Source: Eledone cirrhosa | Lineage: Eukaryota | Assembly (NCBI GenBank): GCA_964016885.1 | Contig: OZ024753.1 | Location: 38,068,001-38,132,000 of the forward strand | Direction of reading: 5' to 3' | DNA length: 64,000 bases | Position numbers and translations under genes: made by a program | The notes under the pieces: generated by a model | Told to the model about the DNA's origin: nothing | What the model saw: the letters and a program-made list of their open reading frames with translations, nothing else | Database searches by the model: none | Shown here: piece by piece, positions 1 through 13,100 of the stretch | Layout of the letters: the number at the start of each line of letters is the position of its first letter | How positions within the stretch are numbered: the stretch's first letter is position 1

Positions 1-33
1 TTAAGGGTAGCAGTGACAAATTACAAATGTTTG

Positions 34-97
<64 letters not shown>

Positions 98-115
98 TGT
101 CACTGCTACCCTTAA
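1..115. repeat. (TA)n-centred inverted repeat, left arm cut by the window edge
   Basis: 1-22 TTAAGGGTAGCAGTGACAAATT is the exact reverse complement of 94-115; a (TA)n tract lies between them. Confidence 0.85.
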
Positions 116-314
116 TTGGTTTTATTACGTGGACACGTATTTTTTTTTTATTATATATATATATATATGTGTGTGTGTCTGGTGGTAGCTAAGATGCTTC
201 CATAGGAGGTATGCCGGTTGAGCACTCTATGCTCTTACAGAGCAGAGTATGATATAAATAAAGCGAATGCATCACTGATTTTTCGTTTTATTTATACACA
301 CACACAGAAACAAG

Positions 315-572
315 ATGGCGTAGGACAGAACAAAGAAGAGGCACAAAAACAAAGAAAAGAATCCCCAGTCACTGAAGAGGTCACAGAATGTGTGACGAAA
401 GAACTTTGACAATATATAAACAACCATCTGGTTGTGGAACCAACCAACCAACCAACCAACCGGAAATTTATAAATTCCTAAATTTATAAATTTATTATAA
501 TAAATTGAAGTGAAAGCAACTGGTGCGTGTGTTTCTTATTGGCAACATGACCCTCCCAAAGTATAACAATAT
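315..572 (+). mobile_element. Dispersed ~255-bp repeat carrying a hammerhead; putative Penelope-like pLTR fragment (family F, copy 1)
   Basis: Near-identical to 27681-27932; contains a hammerhead motif at 368-410. Confidence 0.7.
368..410 (+). ncRNA. Minimal type-I hammerhead ribozyme (family F)
   Basis: GTCA-CTGAAGA-G-GTCACA gaatg TGTGAC-GAAA-G aa C-TT^-TGAC. Stem I GTCA/TGAC, 6-bp stem II, quasi-palindromic stem III (AAAG-AA-CTTT), CUU site. Confidence 0.65.
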
Positions 573-964
573 CGGTTTCTACACACGTTTTCAGATAAAG
601 AATCTTGCTAAACAAATTCAGAAACGAAATATATATATGAGTGTTATATACATACATGTGTATGTGTACATATGTATAAATGAAACGAGACTCAGCTATT
701 GTAAATATGTTATCCCCAAATTAATGTAAATATGGATTTCCGACACAAAACAAAATTGTAAACTTTAATCTTAGCTTCAAGTGACGATGGTAAACAATGA
801 TGTTGGTAGTGATAACGGAATGGTGAAAACGTGTTTTGAAAACTTTGATAAGCGTCAAGGTTATGTCTGGGAAGATAAATGCTGTAAAGTGGAATAATTA
901 GATAACATCGTGATTAGATCTGCCGTTTGTTCCTACTTTGATACACGTTTTGTTCCCAGTTATT

Positions 965-1160
965 GTTCAGGTCAGGCTTATTGGTACCATGTAACCCAGT
1001 ACAACCAGCTATATGATCGAGTGACTAAAGCAGCTCTCTCACGAGACCCTGGTCAAGTCTGGTCTGACGAGGATGGTGAGTGGAAGTCCAGCAGCACAAG
1101 AAACATGAACTGTTTAAAAGAGCAGATGAACTCCTAAGATTCAACGGCCATCTACCCCAA
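965..1160 (+). mobile_element. Diverged RTE-type 5' region fragment
   Basis: CATGTAACCCAGTACAACC and CTCCTAAGATTCAACGGCCAT match blocks in the 5' part of the element at 54947-55135. Confidence 0.5.
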
Positions 1161-2612
1161 CTGTGGGTTAAATAGCCCCACCAACCCGCAATTGGCCAAG
1201 TGTGATGATTACGGCTACACCCCCTGACATGACCAAAACCAAACAGACAACGGTGGAGGTCAATTAAGGAGGGATTCCTCCAACAGGAGTGAGAAGGCTC
1301 TGGATTGAATTGGTGATAGTTCTTGTTAAACCACGCATGGGTCAACTTTGATCCAGCAGAAACGACAGTGCATCTAGGAATACATTTACTGTATCCCTTT
1401 TAATGAAATACACTATTTGAATTAAATAATGGATAATTTTATCATTAAGATGGTATAATTTTATAATTTAACAAAAATCCATAATCTGCTACGAATCGTT
1501 CTCCAGCTCCAGCCTTGTCGCTTCGGCCAAAATCCCGAACACCACCGCCTGCAATGCCGAAGAGAAGAAGATAAATGCCAGGGTTTGACCGACCTCTTCC
1601 TTTCGTGCCGGTCGTTGTCAAGACCTCAGGTGTCATCGGTCTCTGAACTGCTGTTTTTGTTCCGCAAAATCGGGAAGACTGCAACCCACCTGAAGAAAGA
1701 ACCCCATGAGTTAGGGTGGTTGCTTACAGCGAGTGTTGCTGGCCATTCTCTGCTGCTATGTCTTCGCTATTTTGTACGCGGGGTGCAGCTGAAGCTGCAG
1801 TTCGGGTTGGGGTACACAGTCTGTCGCTTTGTCCCCACTTTCCCTTTCTTTCGTTGCTTAATTTATATTATCTATTTCTTCCTTTCTTTTCTATCCTTTT
1901 CCTTTCATTATATAATTAAAAAGCTATGTTGATATGCTAAATAATTAAAGGTGCTTGCGTCAAATTATGTTGGAAGATTTTAATTTAAATAAGAACCTTT
2001 TGTTTCATAAAACCAGAGGCAATTTTTGGCGGGATGGTATCAAAAGAGTTAAAGATACTAATTGTTCACTTGATACTTCATTCTCAGATATTAATTAACG
2101 TATTTAAAGTAAGGGTTAGGTAAAACTCCAGGGCCTTAGTTTTGTTATCACCCGCGGTAACCCTGCCAGTGTGTTAGCTTGTCTTAAAAAATATTGGAGG
2201 GAGGCTCTGAAATCCTTTGTGTTGTCTGACCGATTGACACACTTAGTGTTGGCTTAATATTTTCTTTCGTTTTCATTCTATGAATTTTAAAATGTGAAAT
2301 ATTTATGTAATTAGGTGACAAAGATATGTGTTATGTATGAGTTAAATTCTGACAGCTGTGGCATTTGTGTTTGTAATTTCAAGCTATCTATATTATCAGC
2401 ACATTTGTTTGGGAAAAAATGTGAACTTTGCTATTATGTAATTTCGATATAATAAAATTCTCTTCTATATTGAAGTGAAAGTAAAATCAGCCGATATAAT
2501 GCACCGGATATTTTGGTTTAAACCTTGTATTGTTTAACCGCCAGAAACTTGCCCTCGTTCTACTATACAATTGCTTTTGTTTTCTTTAAGTGTTTATATT
2601 TATTTTTAAAAT

Positions 2613-2948
2613 TCTTCTTCTTCGCCCACTTATTCCTGAGAGGGTCGTGGAGGCAGAGTCCTCAAACACTCCTTCCAGTGGGTCCCGTCAGAAGCAACCG
2701 TCTCCAACTGATCCGGCTGGATCCCCAAGCGTGACCAGCCAAGCCCATGGGTGTTATCCAAAAATCTTGCTTTTGGGGGGGGGTCTACCCCTGGGTCTCT
2801 TGTTGGCTGGTTTTGCTCGTAAAATCTGTCCAGCAATTCTTTCCTGAGACATTCTAACCACATGCCCATAGCATCGGAGCTGTGATCTCTCAATTCGCAG
2901 TAGTGGCTCTACCTGGAGTGACCCCTGATCCCCGAGTTACGCACTTTA
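2613..2948 (-). mobile_element. 3' end of an RTE-clade LINE (Rex3/Expander-like), 5'-truncated, (GAA)n tail
   Basis: Minus strand across a frameshift reads EPLLRIERSQLRCYGHVVRMSQERIA...RPRGRP...LGWSRLGIQPDQLETVASDGTHWKECLRTLPPRPSQE*, matching the C-terminus of Rex3/RTE ORFs, followed by (GAA)n. Confidence 0.85.
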
Positions 2949-3759
2949 TATAAGAACCTTTTTGTTCTAAACAACTTAATAATATTACTAAATCCCTCCA
3001 AATTATTGATTATTTTAACAAATTATTAAAAAATCATAGGCAGTGTAGAAATATAGTAACAAAAGAGTTAACGTATGGTGGTAGTTGGGTAAATTCCTAT
3101 AAGCCTTCTATATTTAAGTGAAAGTAAAATCAGTCGATCTGATGTATCGAATGTTTTCATTAAACGATTATAAAGAAATGAATGAAAACAAAACAAACGA
3201 ACGAAAATTGGAAATATAAAACTCATTTACGAAAGAAATAGACAACATGGGTGTGTGTGTATGTCATTTTCATCGGATTTTACTTTCATTTCAATAGAGA
3301 AAGTTTATAGTTTACCGTTGGTGGTTGTTTAGTTAAAAATCAACTTTAATCCAACAGACCCGGCACTCCAGCCATGCTATTTCATAAAGATTTGGCTGTT
3401 GTTTCTAGTTGTTTGAGTAACCACGTGGAATGATCCTGTTATTATTTAACCAAAGTCAGTCGTAACCGCATCAGTATAACCAAAGGCCTCTGATTTATAA
3501 CAAAATAAGTTTAGGCGACCATCATGCCTTTTCTTTTTACCACCGGCATTATTTTTATTTTTATTATCCGAACCGACAAGATCCAAAACCTCACTCGCTT
3601 ATCGAGTGGGGTGGAACTCGTCAGATCGGACCAAGGAAACACTGTTTCCATTGGTATTTCCAATTACCAATACTTTCTACCGATCGCACATAAGTAAACC
3701 CAAATGAAGTGAATCGATTGTAAATAGGAAAGGAACATACACCAACTTCGATTACTTAA

Positions 3760-3900
3760 TCAAAAGGAACAACTTGCTCATGAAATTAACTGATCATTCC
3801 AGACACGTGTACCCTTAACGCAATTCTCGGGGGGAAATTCAGCGTCAGTGTGTCAAGACTGGCCCTTTGAAATACAGTTACAGTTCATCCAACTGGCTTC
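3760..3900 (-). mobile_element. tRNA-derived SINE family 2, body fragment
   Basis: CAGACACGTGTACCCTTAACG...CTGGCCCTTTGAAATACAG is shared with copies at 42700, 58180 and 59990. Confidence 0.7.
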
Positions 3901-4058
3901 CACGAAGTTTCCGTCTACCCAATTTCACTCACAAGACATAGGGTCGACACGAAACCATGGTAAATGACACCACGCCCATGATGCCAGTATTAAACTAGTT
4001 AGACCATTACTCACAAGAGTACTCGATACTTGAGATATTAAAATGAGACTATATTAGA

Positions 4059-4135
4059 GAGTCGGGGCCCGACGGCTGAGCCCTTGCCGTTTCGACAGCT
4101 AATTCCAGACTCTAGAATCAGCTGTCATCTCTCAC
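4059..4135 (-). mobile_element. Family B pLTR-like fragment with the 3' half of a hammerhead
   Basis: Minus strand: GACAGCTGATTCTAGA-G-TCTGGAATTAGCTGTC (stem II)-GAAAC-GGC...GCC-GTC-GGGG; 5' core lost at a (TA)n junction; related to 16857-16996 and 51559-51766. Confidence 0.6.
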
Positions 4136-4151
4136 TTATATATATATATAT

Positions 4152-4447
4152 ATTTTACGATCGTTTCAGAGTATCGATTGACCGACTAACATGGTTGTGG
4201 TTAAGTTACTAGCTATTTCTAGTCTCGAAATCCTTGTTCAATCGGCCGTCTTCCTCAGAAACACTCAGCCCCAACACAACCATGTGGATTATATATATAT
4301 ATATATATAATCCACATGGTTGTGTTGGGGCTGAGTGTTTCTGAGGAAGACGGCCGATTGAACAAGGATTTCGAGACTAGAAATAGCTAGTAACTTAACC
4401 ACTACCATGTTAGTCGGTCAATCGATACTCTGAAACGATCGTAAAAT
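4152..4447. repeat. ~296-bp DNA palindrome with a (TA)n centre
   Basis: Arms 4152-4289 and 4310-4447 are reverse complements with one mismatch seen; the left arm abuts another (TA)n. Confidence 0.95.
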
Positions 4448-4449
4448 GC
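4335..4449 (+). ncRNA. Type-I hammerhead ribozyme with extended domain II (mirror copy on minus strand ~4152-4264)
   Basis: GTGTTT-CTGAGGA-[AGA..CGATTGA...TCAATCG..TCT, 84 nt]-GAAA-CGATCG-TA^-AAATGC; palindromic stem III, GUA site. Confidence 0.8.
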
Positions 4450-4893
4450 AAACACACACTACAGAGTTTATTAGAGTGGCCAACAATTAGTTTTTCAAAT
4501 GTTAGATGTAAATTATCAAAGTTTCATTGTAAATAAACCGAGTGTAGTAAGAGAGAGGTTGATGTTATAGTTATATAGATGGAAAGAAAAGTTGAACTTT
4601 TCGTATTTGACTTCGTTTCAGTTAAAGTGATTTTAATTGTCCAAGATTTCAGATTACTGTAATCCGATTAAGAAAGAATGGGATTAACACGAGCAAATGT
4701 AGTATTATTGTCAACAATGAACAATGATATCATTATAAAACACACACACAAACATATATACACATACACACATACAAACATAACATACATACTTACAAAC
4801 ATATATATATACACACACATACAAACATATATACAAACACAAACATACACGCACACTATATATAAACACTCATATACATGCATACACAAACAC

Positions 4894-4935
<42 letters not shown>

Positions 4936-5682
4936 TCATATTGAGATAGACAGACAGATAAGTTTTCTTTTCGTGTGGGGAAGCACAATTGCCGAAACTT
5001 CGAAGTCGCATCCACTTTTTTCTTCGTAAAATAAAACATCCCTCAATATATGTGTGTGTGTATACACACGTATATATATGTGTGTGTGTATACACACGTA
5101 TATATATATATCTGATGGTGAGGAAGATGCAAATAGAAACAAAATCATGTATAAACTTTTGACAGTCGTGAAACAGAATTGTCATTATCGATTTCTTATA
5201 TTAGCACAAGCCTCTCAAATATATATAAAATGGGAAGATGAGATGTCCACATATTTCCCATTAATATTAAACAACGATGCTAGCGTGCAATGGGAATACG
5301 AATTTGAATCGCGTGAACCTAGGACCCCATCTTTAACATATATTCTTACGGTGCTACCATTATAGTACGACAACCACTACAACCACCATTGTCATCATCT
5401 TTGTCTAGTTTTATAAACAACTAGAGAACCTAAGTCGCTAAATTTAACTATCATTCATTATATATATAATATATATTATAAAGTTATTAATATGTCGAAA
5501 ATATATTGAAGTGTTCAATATATAGCGATATCTGTTTTATTGGGATATTTATTGAAATCGTAGTATAGATCCAAGTAGCTATAACTGAGCTATGTGTGCC
5601 AAAATATCAATTTTTTCTTCTATATTATTTTAATATAAAGTTCTACACAGAAAATATATTAATATCGTGTACATTATATACG

Positions 5683-5743
<61 letters not shown>

Positions 5744-6489
5744 CATATTTGTGTGTGAACGTGTGTGCATGTGCATCATGTATCTGTATATTTATATTTT
5801 CTGTGTACAACTTTATATTAAAAAATACATTTGGTCTAAGCATATGACAACTATACATACATGTATATATATTTTTATAATATACACAGACACTCACACG
5901 AGATACACGAGTATTTTATATTACAAGTTATTCACGTGTATGTCAAATGCTTAGAACCAAATATATTATTAGACCTCCGAAGTAGAATTATCTAAAATAT
6001 ATATATATAAATATATATATATATGTACAGATAGATAGTTTATTCTATATAAACTTATATTTTTAGGTAGAATATTTAATTAAACTAGCATAGATCCACT
6101 AAACACCACTGAGCTACATGTATTATTCTAATAAAAAAGTTACATACAGAAACTAACTAGGTGAATACAGATAATTTCTTTTATATTTTCAAAGTATATA
6201 AGAATGGCAGTCACTTTCGAAGTCTCAATTCAGTCGTTTCTTTACACTCATCCCACCAGTATTGAGTACTTATTTAATTAATGTTTGAATGTTCTTAAAT
6301 ACCACGGTATTTTAAACACATATTCGAATAACTACATACACACATATATATTACACAGAAGATGACGACGTGTAGTGTGTATACATATATACACATGTAT
6401 ATATATACAGACAATTCTTAACATCACCGTTGCCATTATCTTCCTTAATTAACAATATAAACAACATTAAATTATTAATTAATCCTTAC

Positions 6490-6514
6490 CTTGTATACTG
6501 TTGTCGGGCGACAT
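6490..6514 (-). CDS. Candidate first coding exon of a host gene (MSPDNSIQ-, phase 1)
   Basis: Minus strand ACC-ATG TCG CCC GAC AAC AGT ATA CAA G|GTAAG: good Kozak context and consensus donor in non-repetitive sequence; no downstream exon identified. Confidence 0.35.
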
Positions 6515-6996
6515 GGTAATTAATAAGTTAAAAAGTGTCCAAGGTTATTTTGCAATATATTTTCGTCTATTTTTATTTCTAAATCTCCTCGGCCTCACCA
6601 AAGTATTTTGGTGTTAAGAACAGCACAAACAGGAGGAAAGATTTTCAAGAAAAAATAGACACTACTATTTTCTAAAACACAAATCTAAATTTCTAATAAA
6701 TTTACTCCAATATAATAACGGAGTTTTAATAATAATAATAGTAACAATAATAATTATTATTACTATTATTGGTAGTATAAATTAATGTCGAGTTCATAAA
6801 ATATTGTTTCCAAAAGTAAACATTAATTCTTCTTCCGAAGTAACATTATTTCCAGCTGAAACTAACTGGAAATTTTAACTAAAAAGTCAAACATCCAGAT
6901 AGATTAGGAAAGATGAGAATAAAATAATAATTTAACACTGTAAAAGTGTAGAGTTTAAGTTGTTTATGTTTTATCTTTTCTTAAGACAAAACAACT

Positions 6997-7060
6997 CATC
7001 TAGTATCATCTATTTCATCATCTATTTCATCGTCTATTTCATCGTCTATTTCATCGTATA
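6997..7060. repeat. 12-bp tandem repeat (TCATC[A/G]TCTATT)n
   Basis: About 4-5 units visible. Confidence 0.8.
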
Positions 7061-7139
7061 TTTTTTACTTAACTCTCTTTACATTTCACTGTCTTTCTTT
7101 TACTCTTTTACCCCCTCACTATCAGTTAGCATTTCACAT

Positions 7140-10100
7140 GCAGCTGCTGATAATGATAGTGGTGGTGGTGGTGATAGTGGCAGTGGGGGGTGATAGTGGT
7201 AGTGGTTTTGATGATGGTGGTGGGGGTGATAGTGGTATTGATGGTGGTGGTGGTGGTGATGGTGATAGTGGTAGTGGTATTGATGGTGATGGTGGGGGTG
7301 ATAGTGTTGGTGGTGGTGGTGATGGTGATAGTGGTAGTGGTATTGATGGTGGTGGTGGGGGGTGATAGTGTTGGTGGTGGTGGGGGTGATAGTGTTGGTG
7401 GTGGTGGTGATGGTGATAATGGTAGTGGTTTTGATGATGGTGGTGGGGGTGATAGTAGTATTGATGGTGGTGGTGGGGGGGTGATAGTGTTGGTGGTGGT
7501 GGTGGTGATGGTGGTGGTGGTGATGGTGATAGTGGTAGTGGTATTGATGGTGGTGGTGATGGTGATAGTGGTAGTGGTATTGATGGTGAGGGGGGGGATA
7601 GTGTTGGTGGTGGTGGTGATGGTGATAGTGGTAGTGGTATTGATGGTGAGGGGGGGGGGGATAGTGTTGGTGGTGGTGGTGATGGTGATAGTGGTAGTGG
7701 TATTGATGGTGGTGGTGGTGGTGATAGTGTTGTTGTTGGTGGTGGTAGTGATGATAATGTTGCTGATGATAGGTGTTGATAGTGTTGCTGGTGGTAGTAA
7801 TGGTGGTGGTGGTGGTTGTGGTGTTACTGGTGATAGTAATGGTGGTAGTGGTGGTGGTGATAGTGTTGCTGGTGGTAGTAATGGTGGTAGTGGTGATAGT
7901 GTTGCTGCTGATAATGATAGTGGTGGTGGTGGTATTGATAGTGATGGCGGTAGTGGTGATAGAGGTGGTGGTGTTGCTGACGATATTGATGGGGTTGGTG
8001 GTGATGGTGGTGATAGTGTTGCTGATGGTAGTAATGGTGGTGGTGGTGGTGGTTGTGGTGTTACTGGTGATAGTAATGGTGGTAGTGGTGGTGGTGATAG
8101 TGTTGCTGCTGATAATGATAACAGTGATGGTGGTGTTGGTGGTAGTGTTGCTAGTGATGGTGGTGTGGTGGTGTTGGTGGTAGTGTTGCTAGTGATGGTG
8201 ATGTGGTGGTGTTAGTGGTAGTGTTGCTAGTGATGGTGGTGTTGGTGGTAGTGTTGCTAGTGATGGTGGTGTGGTGGTGTTGGTGGTAGTGTTGCTAGTT
8301 ATGGTGATGTGGTGGTGTTAGTGGTAGTGATGGTGGTGTTGGTGGTAGTGTTGCTAGTGATGGTGGTGTTGGTGGAGTTGGTGGTGTTGGTGGTAGTGTT
8401 GCTAGTGATGGTGGTGTTGGTGGAGTTGGTGGTGTTGGTGGTAGTGTTGCTAGTGATGGTGGTGTTGGTGGAGTTGGTGGTGTTGGTGGTAGTGTTGCTA
8501 GTGATGGTGGTGTTGGTGGTGGTGTTGCTAGTGATGGTGGTGTTGGTGGTAGTGTTGCTAGTGATGGTGGTGTTGGTGGTAGTGTTGCTAGTGATGGTGG
8601 TGTTGGTGGTGGTGTTGCTAGTGATGGTGGTGTTGGTGGTAGTGTTGCTAGTGATGGTGGTGTTGGTGGTAGTGTTGCTAGTGATGGTGGTGTTGGTGGA
8701 GTTGGTGGTGTTGGTGGTAGTGTTGCTAGTGATGGTGGTGTTGGTGGAGTTGGTGGTGTTGGTGGTAGTGTTGCTAGTGATGGTGATGTTGGTGGAGTTG
8801 GTGGTAGTGTTGCTAGTGATGGTGGTGTTGGTGGTGGTGTTGCTAGTGATGGTGGTGTTGGTGGTAGTGTTGCTAGTGATGGTGGTGTTGGTGGTAGTGT
8901 TGCTAGTGATGGTGGTGTTGGTGGTGGTGTTGCTAGTGATGGTGGTGTTGGTGGTAGTGTTGCTAGTGATGGTGGTGTTGGTGGTGGTGTTGCTAGTGAT
9001 GGTGGTGTTGGTGGTAGTGTTGCTAGTGATGGTGGTGTTGGTGGTAGTGTTGCTAGTGATGGTGGTGTTGGTGGTAGTGTTGCTAGTGATGGTGGTGTTG
9101 GTGGTAGTGTTGCTAGTGATGGTGGTGTTGGTGGTAGTGGTGGTGGTGTGGTGGTGTCGGTGGTAGTGTTGCTAATGATGGTGGTGTTGGTGGTGGTGTT
9201 GGTGGTAGTGTTGCTAGTGATGGTGGTGTTGGTGGTGTTGGTGGTGTTGGTGGTAGTGTTGCTAGTGATGGTGGTGTTGGTGGTAGTGGTGGTGGTGTGG
9301 TGGTGTCGGTGGTAGTGTTGCTAGTGATGGTGGTGTTGGTGGTAGTGTTGCTAGTGATGGTGGTGTTGGTGGTAGTGTTGCTAGTGATGGTGGTGTTGGT
9401 GGTAGTGTTGCTAGTGATGGTGGTGTTGGTGGTAGTGTTGCTAGTGATGGTGGTGTTGGTGGTAGTGGTGGTGGTGTGGTGGTGTCGGTGGTAGTGTTGC
9501 TAATGATGGTGGTGTAGGTGGTGGTGTTGGTGGTAGTGTTGCTAGTGATGGTGGTGTTGGTGGTGTTGGTGGTGTTGGTGGTAGTGTTGCTAGTGATGGT
9601 GGTGTTGGTGGTAGTGGTGGTGGTGTGGTGGTGTCGGTGGTAGTGTTGCTAGTGATGGTGGTGTTGGTGGTAGTGTTGCTAGTGATGGTGGTGTTGGTGG
9701 TAGTGTTGCTAGTGATGGTGGTGTTGGTGGTAGTGTTGCTAGTGATGGTGGTGTTGGTGGAGTTGGTGGTGTTGGTGGTAGTGTTGCTAGTGATGGTGGT
9801 GTTGGTGGTGTTGGTGGTGTTGGTGGTAGTGTTGCTAGTGATGGTGGTATAGTGGTAGTGTTGCTAGTGATGGTGGTGTTGGTGGTAGTGTTGCTAGTGA
9901 TGGTGGTGTTGGTGGAGTTGGTGGTGTTGGTGGTAGTGTTGCTAGTGATGGTGGTGTTGGTGGTGTTGGTGGTGTTGGTGGTAGTGTTGCTAGTGATGGT
10001 GGTGTTGGTGGTAGTGTTGCTAGTGATGGTGGTGTTGGTGGTAGTGGTGGTGGTGTGGTGGTGTCGGTGGTAGTGTTGCTAATGATGGTAGTGTTGGTGG

Positions 10101-13100
10101 TAGTGTTGCTAGTGATGGTGGTGTTGGTGGTAGTGTTGCTAGTGATGGTGGTGTTGGTGGTAGTGTTGCTAGTGATGGTGGTGTTGGTGGAGTTGGTGGT
10201 GTTGGTGGTAGTGTTGCTAGTGATGGTGGTGTTGGTGGTGTTGGTGGTGTTGGTGGTAGTGTTGCTAGTGATGGTGGTGTTGGTGGTAGTGTTGCTAGTG
10301 ATGGTGGTGTTGGTGGTAGTGTTGCTAGTGATGGTGGTGTTGGTGGAGTTGGTGGTGTTGGTGGTAGTGTTGCTAATGATGGTAGTGTTGGTGGTAGTGT
10401 TGCTAGTGATGGTGGTGTTGGTGGTGGTGTTGCTAATGATGGTAGTGTTGGTGGTAGTGTTGCTAGTGATGGTGGTGTTGGTGGTGTTGGTGGTAGTGTT
10501 GCTAGTGATGGTGGTGTGGTGGTAGTGTTGCTAGTGATGGTGGTATAGTGGTAGTGTTGCTAGTGATGGTGGTGTTGGTGGTAGTGTTGCTAGTGATGGT
10601 GGTGTTGGTGGAGTTGGTGGTGTTGGTGGTAGTGTTGCTAGTGATGGTGGTGTTGGTGGTGTTGGTGGTGTTGGTGGTAGTGTTGCTAGTGATGGTGGTG
10701 TTGGTGGTAGTGTTGCTAGTGATGGTGGTGTTGGTGGTAGTGGTGGTGGTGTGGTGGTGTCGGTGGTAGTGTTGCTAATGATGGTAGTGTTGGTGGTAGT
10801 GTTGCTAGTGATGGTGGTGTTGGTGGTAGTGTTGCTAGTGATGGTGGTGTTGGTGGTAGTGTTGCTAGTGATGGTGGTGTTGGTGGAGTTGGTGGTGTTG
10901 GTGGTAGTGTTGCTAGTGATGGTGGTGTTGGTGGTGTTGGTGGTGTTGGTGGTAGTGTTGCTAGTGATGGTGGTGTTGGTGGTAGTGTTGCTAGTGATGG
11001 TGGTGTTGGTGGTAGTGTTGCTAGTGATGGTGGTGTGGTGGTGTTAGTGGTAGTGTTGCTAGTGATGGTGGTGTTGGTGGTAGTGTTGCTAATGATGGTA
11101 GTGTTGGTGGTAGTGTTGCTATTGATGGTGGTGTTGGTGGTGGTGTTGCTAATGATGGTAGTGTTGGTGGTAGTGTTGCTAGTGATGGTGGTGTTGGTGG
11201 TGGTGTTGCTAATGATGATAGTGTTGGTGGTAGTGTTGCTAGTGATGGTGGTGTTGGTGGTAGTGTTGCTAGTGATGGTGGTGTTGGTGGTAGTGTTGCT
11301 AGTGATAGTGGTGTGGTGGTGTTAGTGGTAGTGTTGCTAGTGATGGTGGTGTTGGTGGTAGTGTTGCTAGTGATGGTGGTGTTGGTGGTAGTGTTGCTAA
11401 TGATGGTAGTGTTGGTGGTAGTGTTGCTAGTGATGGTGGTGTTGGTGGTAGTGTTGCTAGTGATGGTGGTGTGGTGGTGTTAGTGGTAGTGTTGCTAGTG
11501 ATGGTGGTGTTGGTGGTAGTGTTGCTAGTGATGGTGGTGTTAGTGGTAGTGTTGCTAGTGATGGTGGTGTTGGTGGTAATGTTGCTAATGATGGTAGTGT
11601 TGGTGGTAGTGTTGCTAGTGATGGTGGTGTTGGTGGTAGTGTTGCTAGTGATGGTGGTGTGGTGGTGTTAGTGGTAGTGTTGCTAGTGATGGTGGTGTTG
11701 GTGGTAGTGTTGCTAGTGATGGTGGTGTTAGTGGTAGTGTTGCTAGTGATGGTGGTGTTGGTGGTAGTGTTGCTAGTGATGGTGGTGTTGGTGGTAGTGT
11801 TGCTAGTGATGGTGGTGTTAGTGGTAGTGTTGCTAGTGTTGCTAGTGATGGTGGTGTTGGTGGTAGTGGTGGTGGTGTGGTGGTGTTGGTGGTAGTGTTG
11901 CTAGTGATGGTGGTGTTGGTGGTAGTGTTGCTAGTGATGGTGGTGTGGTGGTGTGGTGGTAGTGTTGCTAGTGATGGTGGTGTTGGTGGTAGTGTTGCTA
12001 GTGATGGTGGTGTTAGTGGTAGAGTTGCTAGTGATGGTGGTGTTGGTGGTAGTGTTGCTAGTGATGGTGGTGTGGTGGTGTGGTGGTAGTGTTGCTAGTG
12101 ATGGTGGTGTTGGTGGTAGTGTTGTTAGTGATGGTGGTGTTAGTGGTAGTGTTGCTAGTGATGGTGGTGTTGGTGGTAGTATTGCTAGTGATGGTGGTGT
12201 TGGTGGTAGTGTTGCTAATGATGGTGGTGTTGGTGGTAGTGTTGCTAGTGATGGTGGTGTTGGAGGTAGTGTTGCTAGTGATGGTGGTGTTGGTGGTGTT
12301 GGTGGTAGTGTTGCTAGTGATGGTGGTGTAGGTGGTAGTGTTGCTAGTGATGGTGGTGTTGGTGGTAGTGTTGCTAGTGATGGTGGTGTTGGTGGTAGTG
12401 TTGCTAGTGATGGTAGTGTTGGTGGTAGTGTTGCTAGTGATGGTGGTGTTGGTGGTAGTGTTGCTAGTGATGGTGGTGTTGGTGGTAGTGTTGCTAGTGA
12501 TGGTGGTGTTGGTGGTAGTGTTGCTAGTGATGGTGGTGTTGGTGGTAGTGTTGCTAGTGATGGTGGTGTTGGTGGTAGTGTTGCTAGTGATGGTGGTGTT
12601 GGTGGTGTTGGTGGTAGTGTTGCTAGTGATGGTGGTGTAGGTGGTAGTGTTGCTAGTGATGGTGGTGTTGGTGGTAGTGTTGCTAGTGATGGTGGTGTTG
12701 GTGGTAGTGTTGCTAGTGATGGTGGTGTGGTGGTGTTGGTGGTAGTGTTGCTAGTGATGGTGGTGTTGGTGGTAGTGTTGCTAGTGATGGTGGTGTTGGT
12801 GATAGTGTTGCTAGTGATGGTGGTGTTGGTGGTAGTGTTGCTAGTGATGGTGGTGTGGTGGTAGTGTTGCTAGTGATGGTGGTGTGGTGGTGTTGGTGGT
12901 AGTGTTGCTAGTGATGGTGGTGTTGGTGGTAGTGTTGCTAGTGGTGGTAGTGTTGGGGGTAGTGTTGCTAGTGATGGTGGTGTTGGTGGTAGTGTTGCTA
13001 GTGATGGTGGTGTGGTGGTGTTGGTGGTAGTGTTGCTAGTGATGGTGGTGTAGGTGGTAGTGTTGCTAGTGATGGTGGTGTTGGTGGTAGTGTTGCTAGT

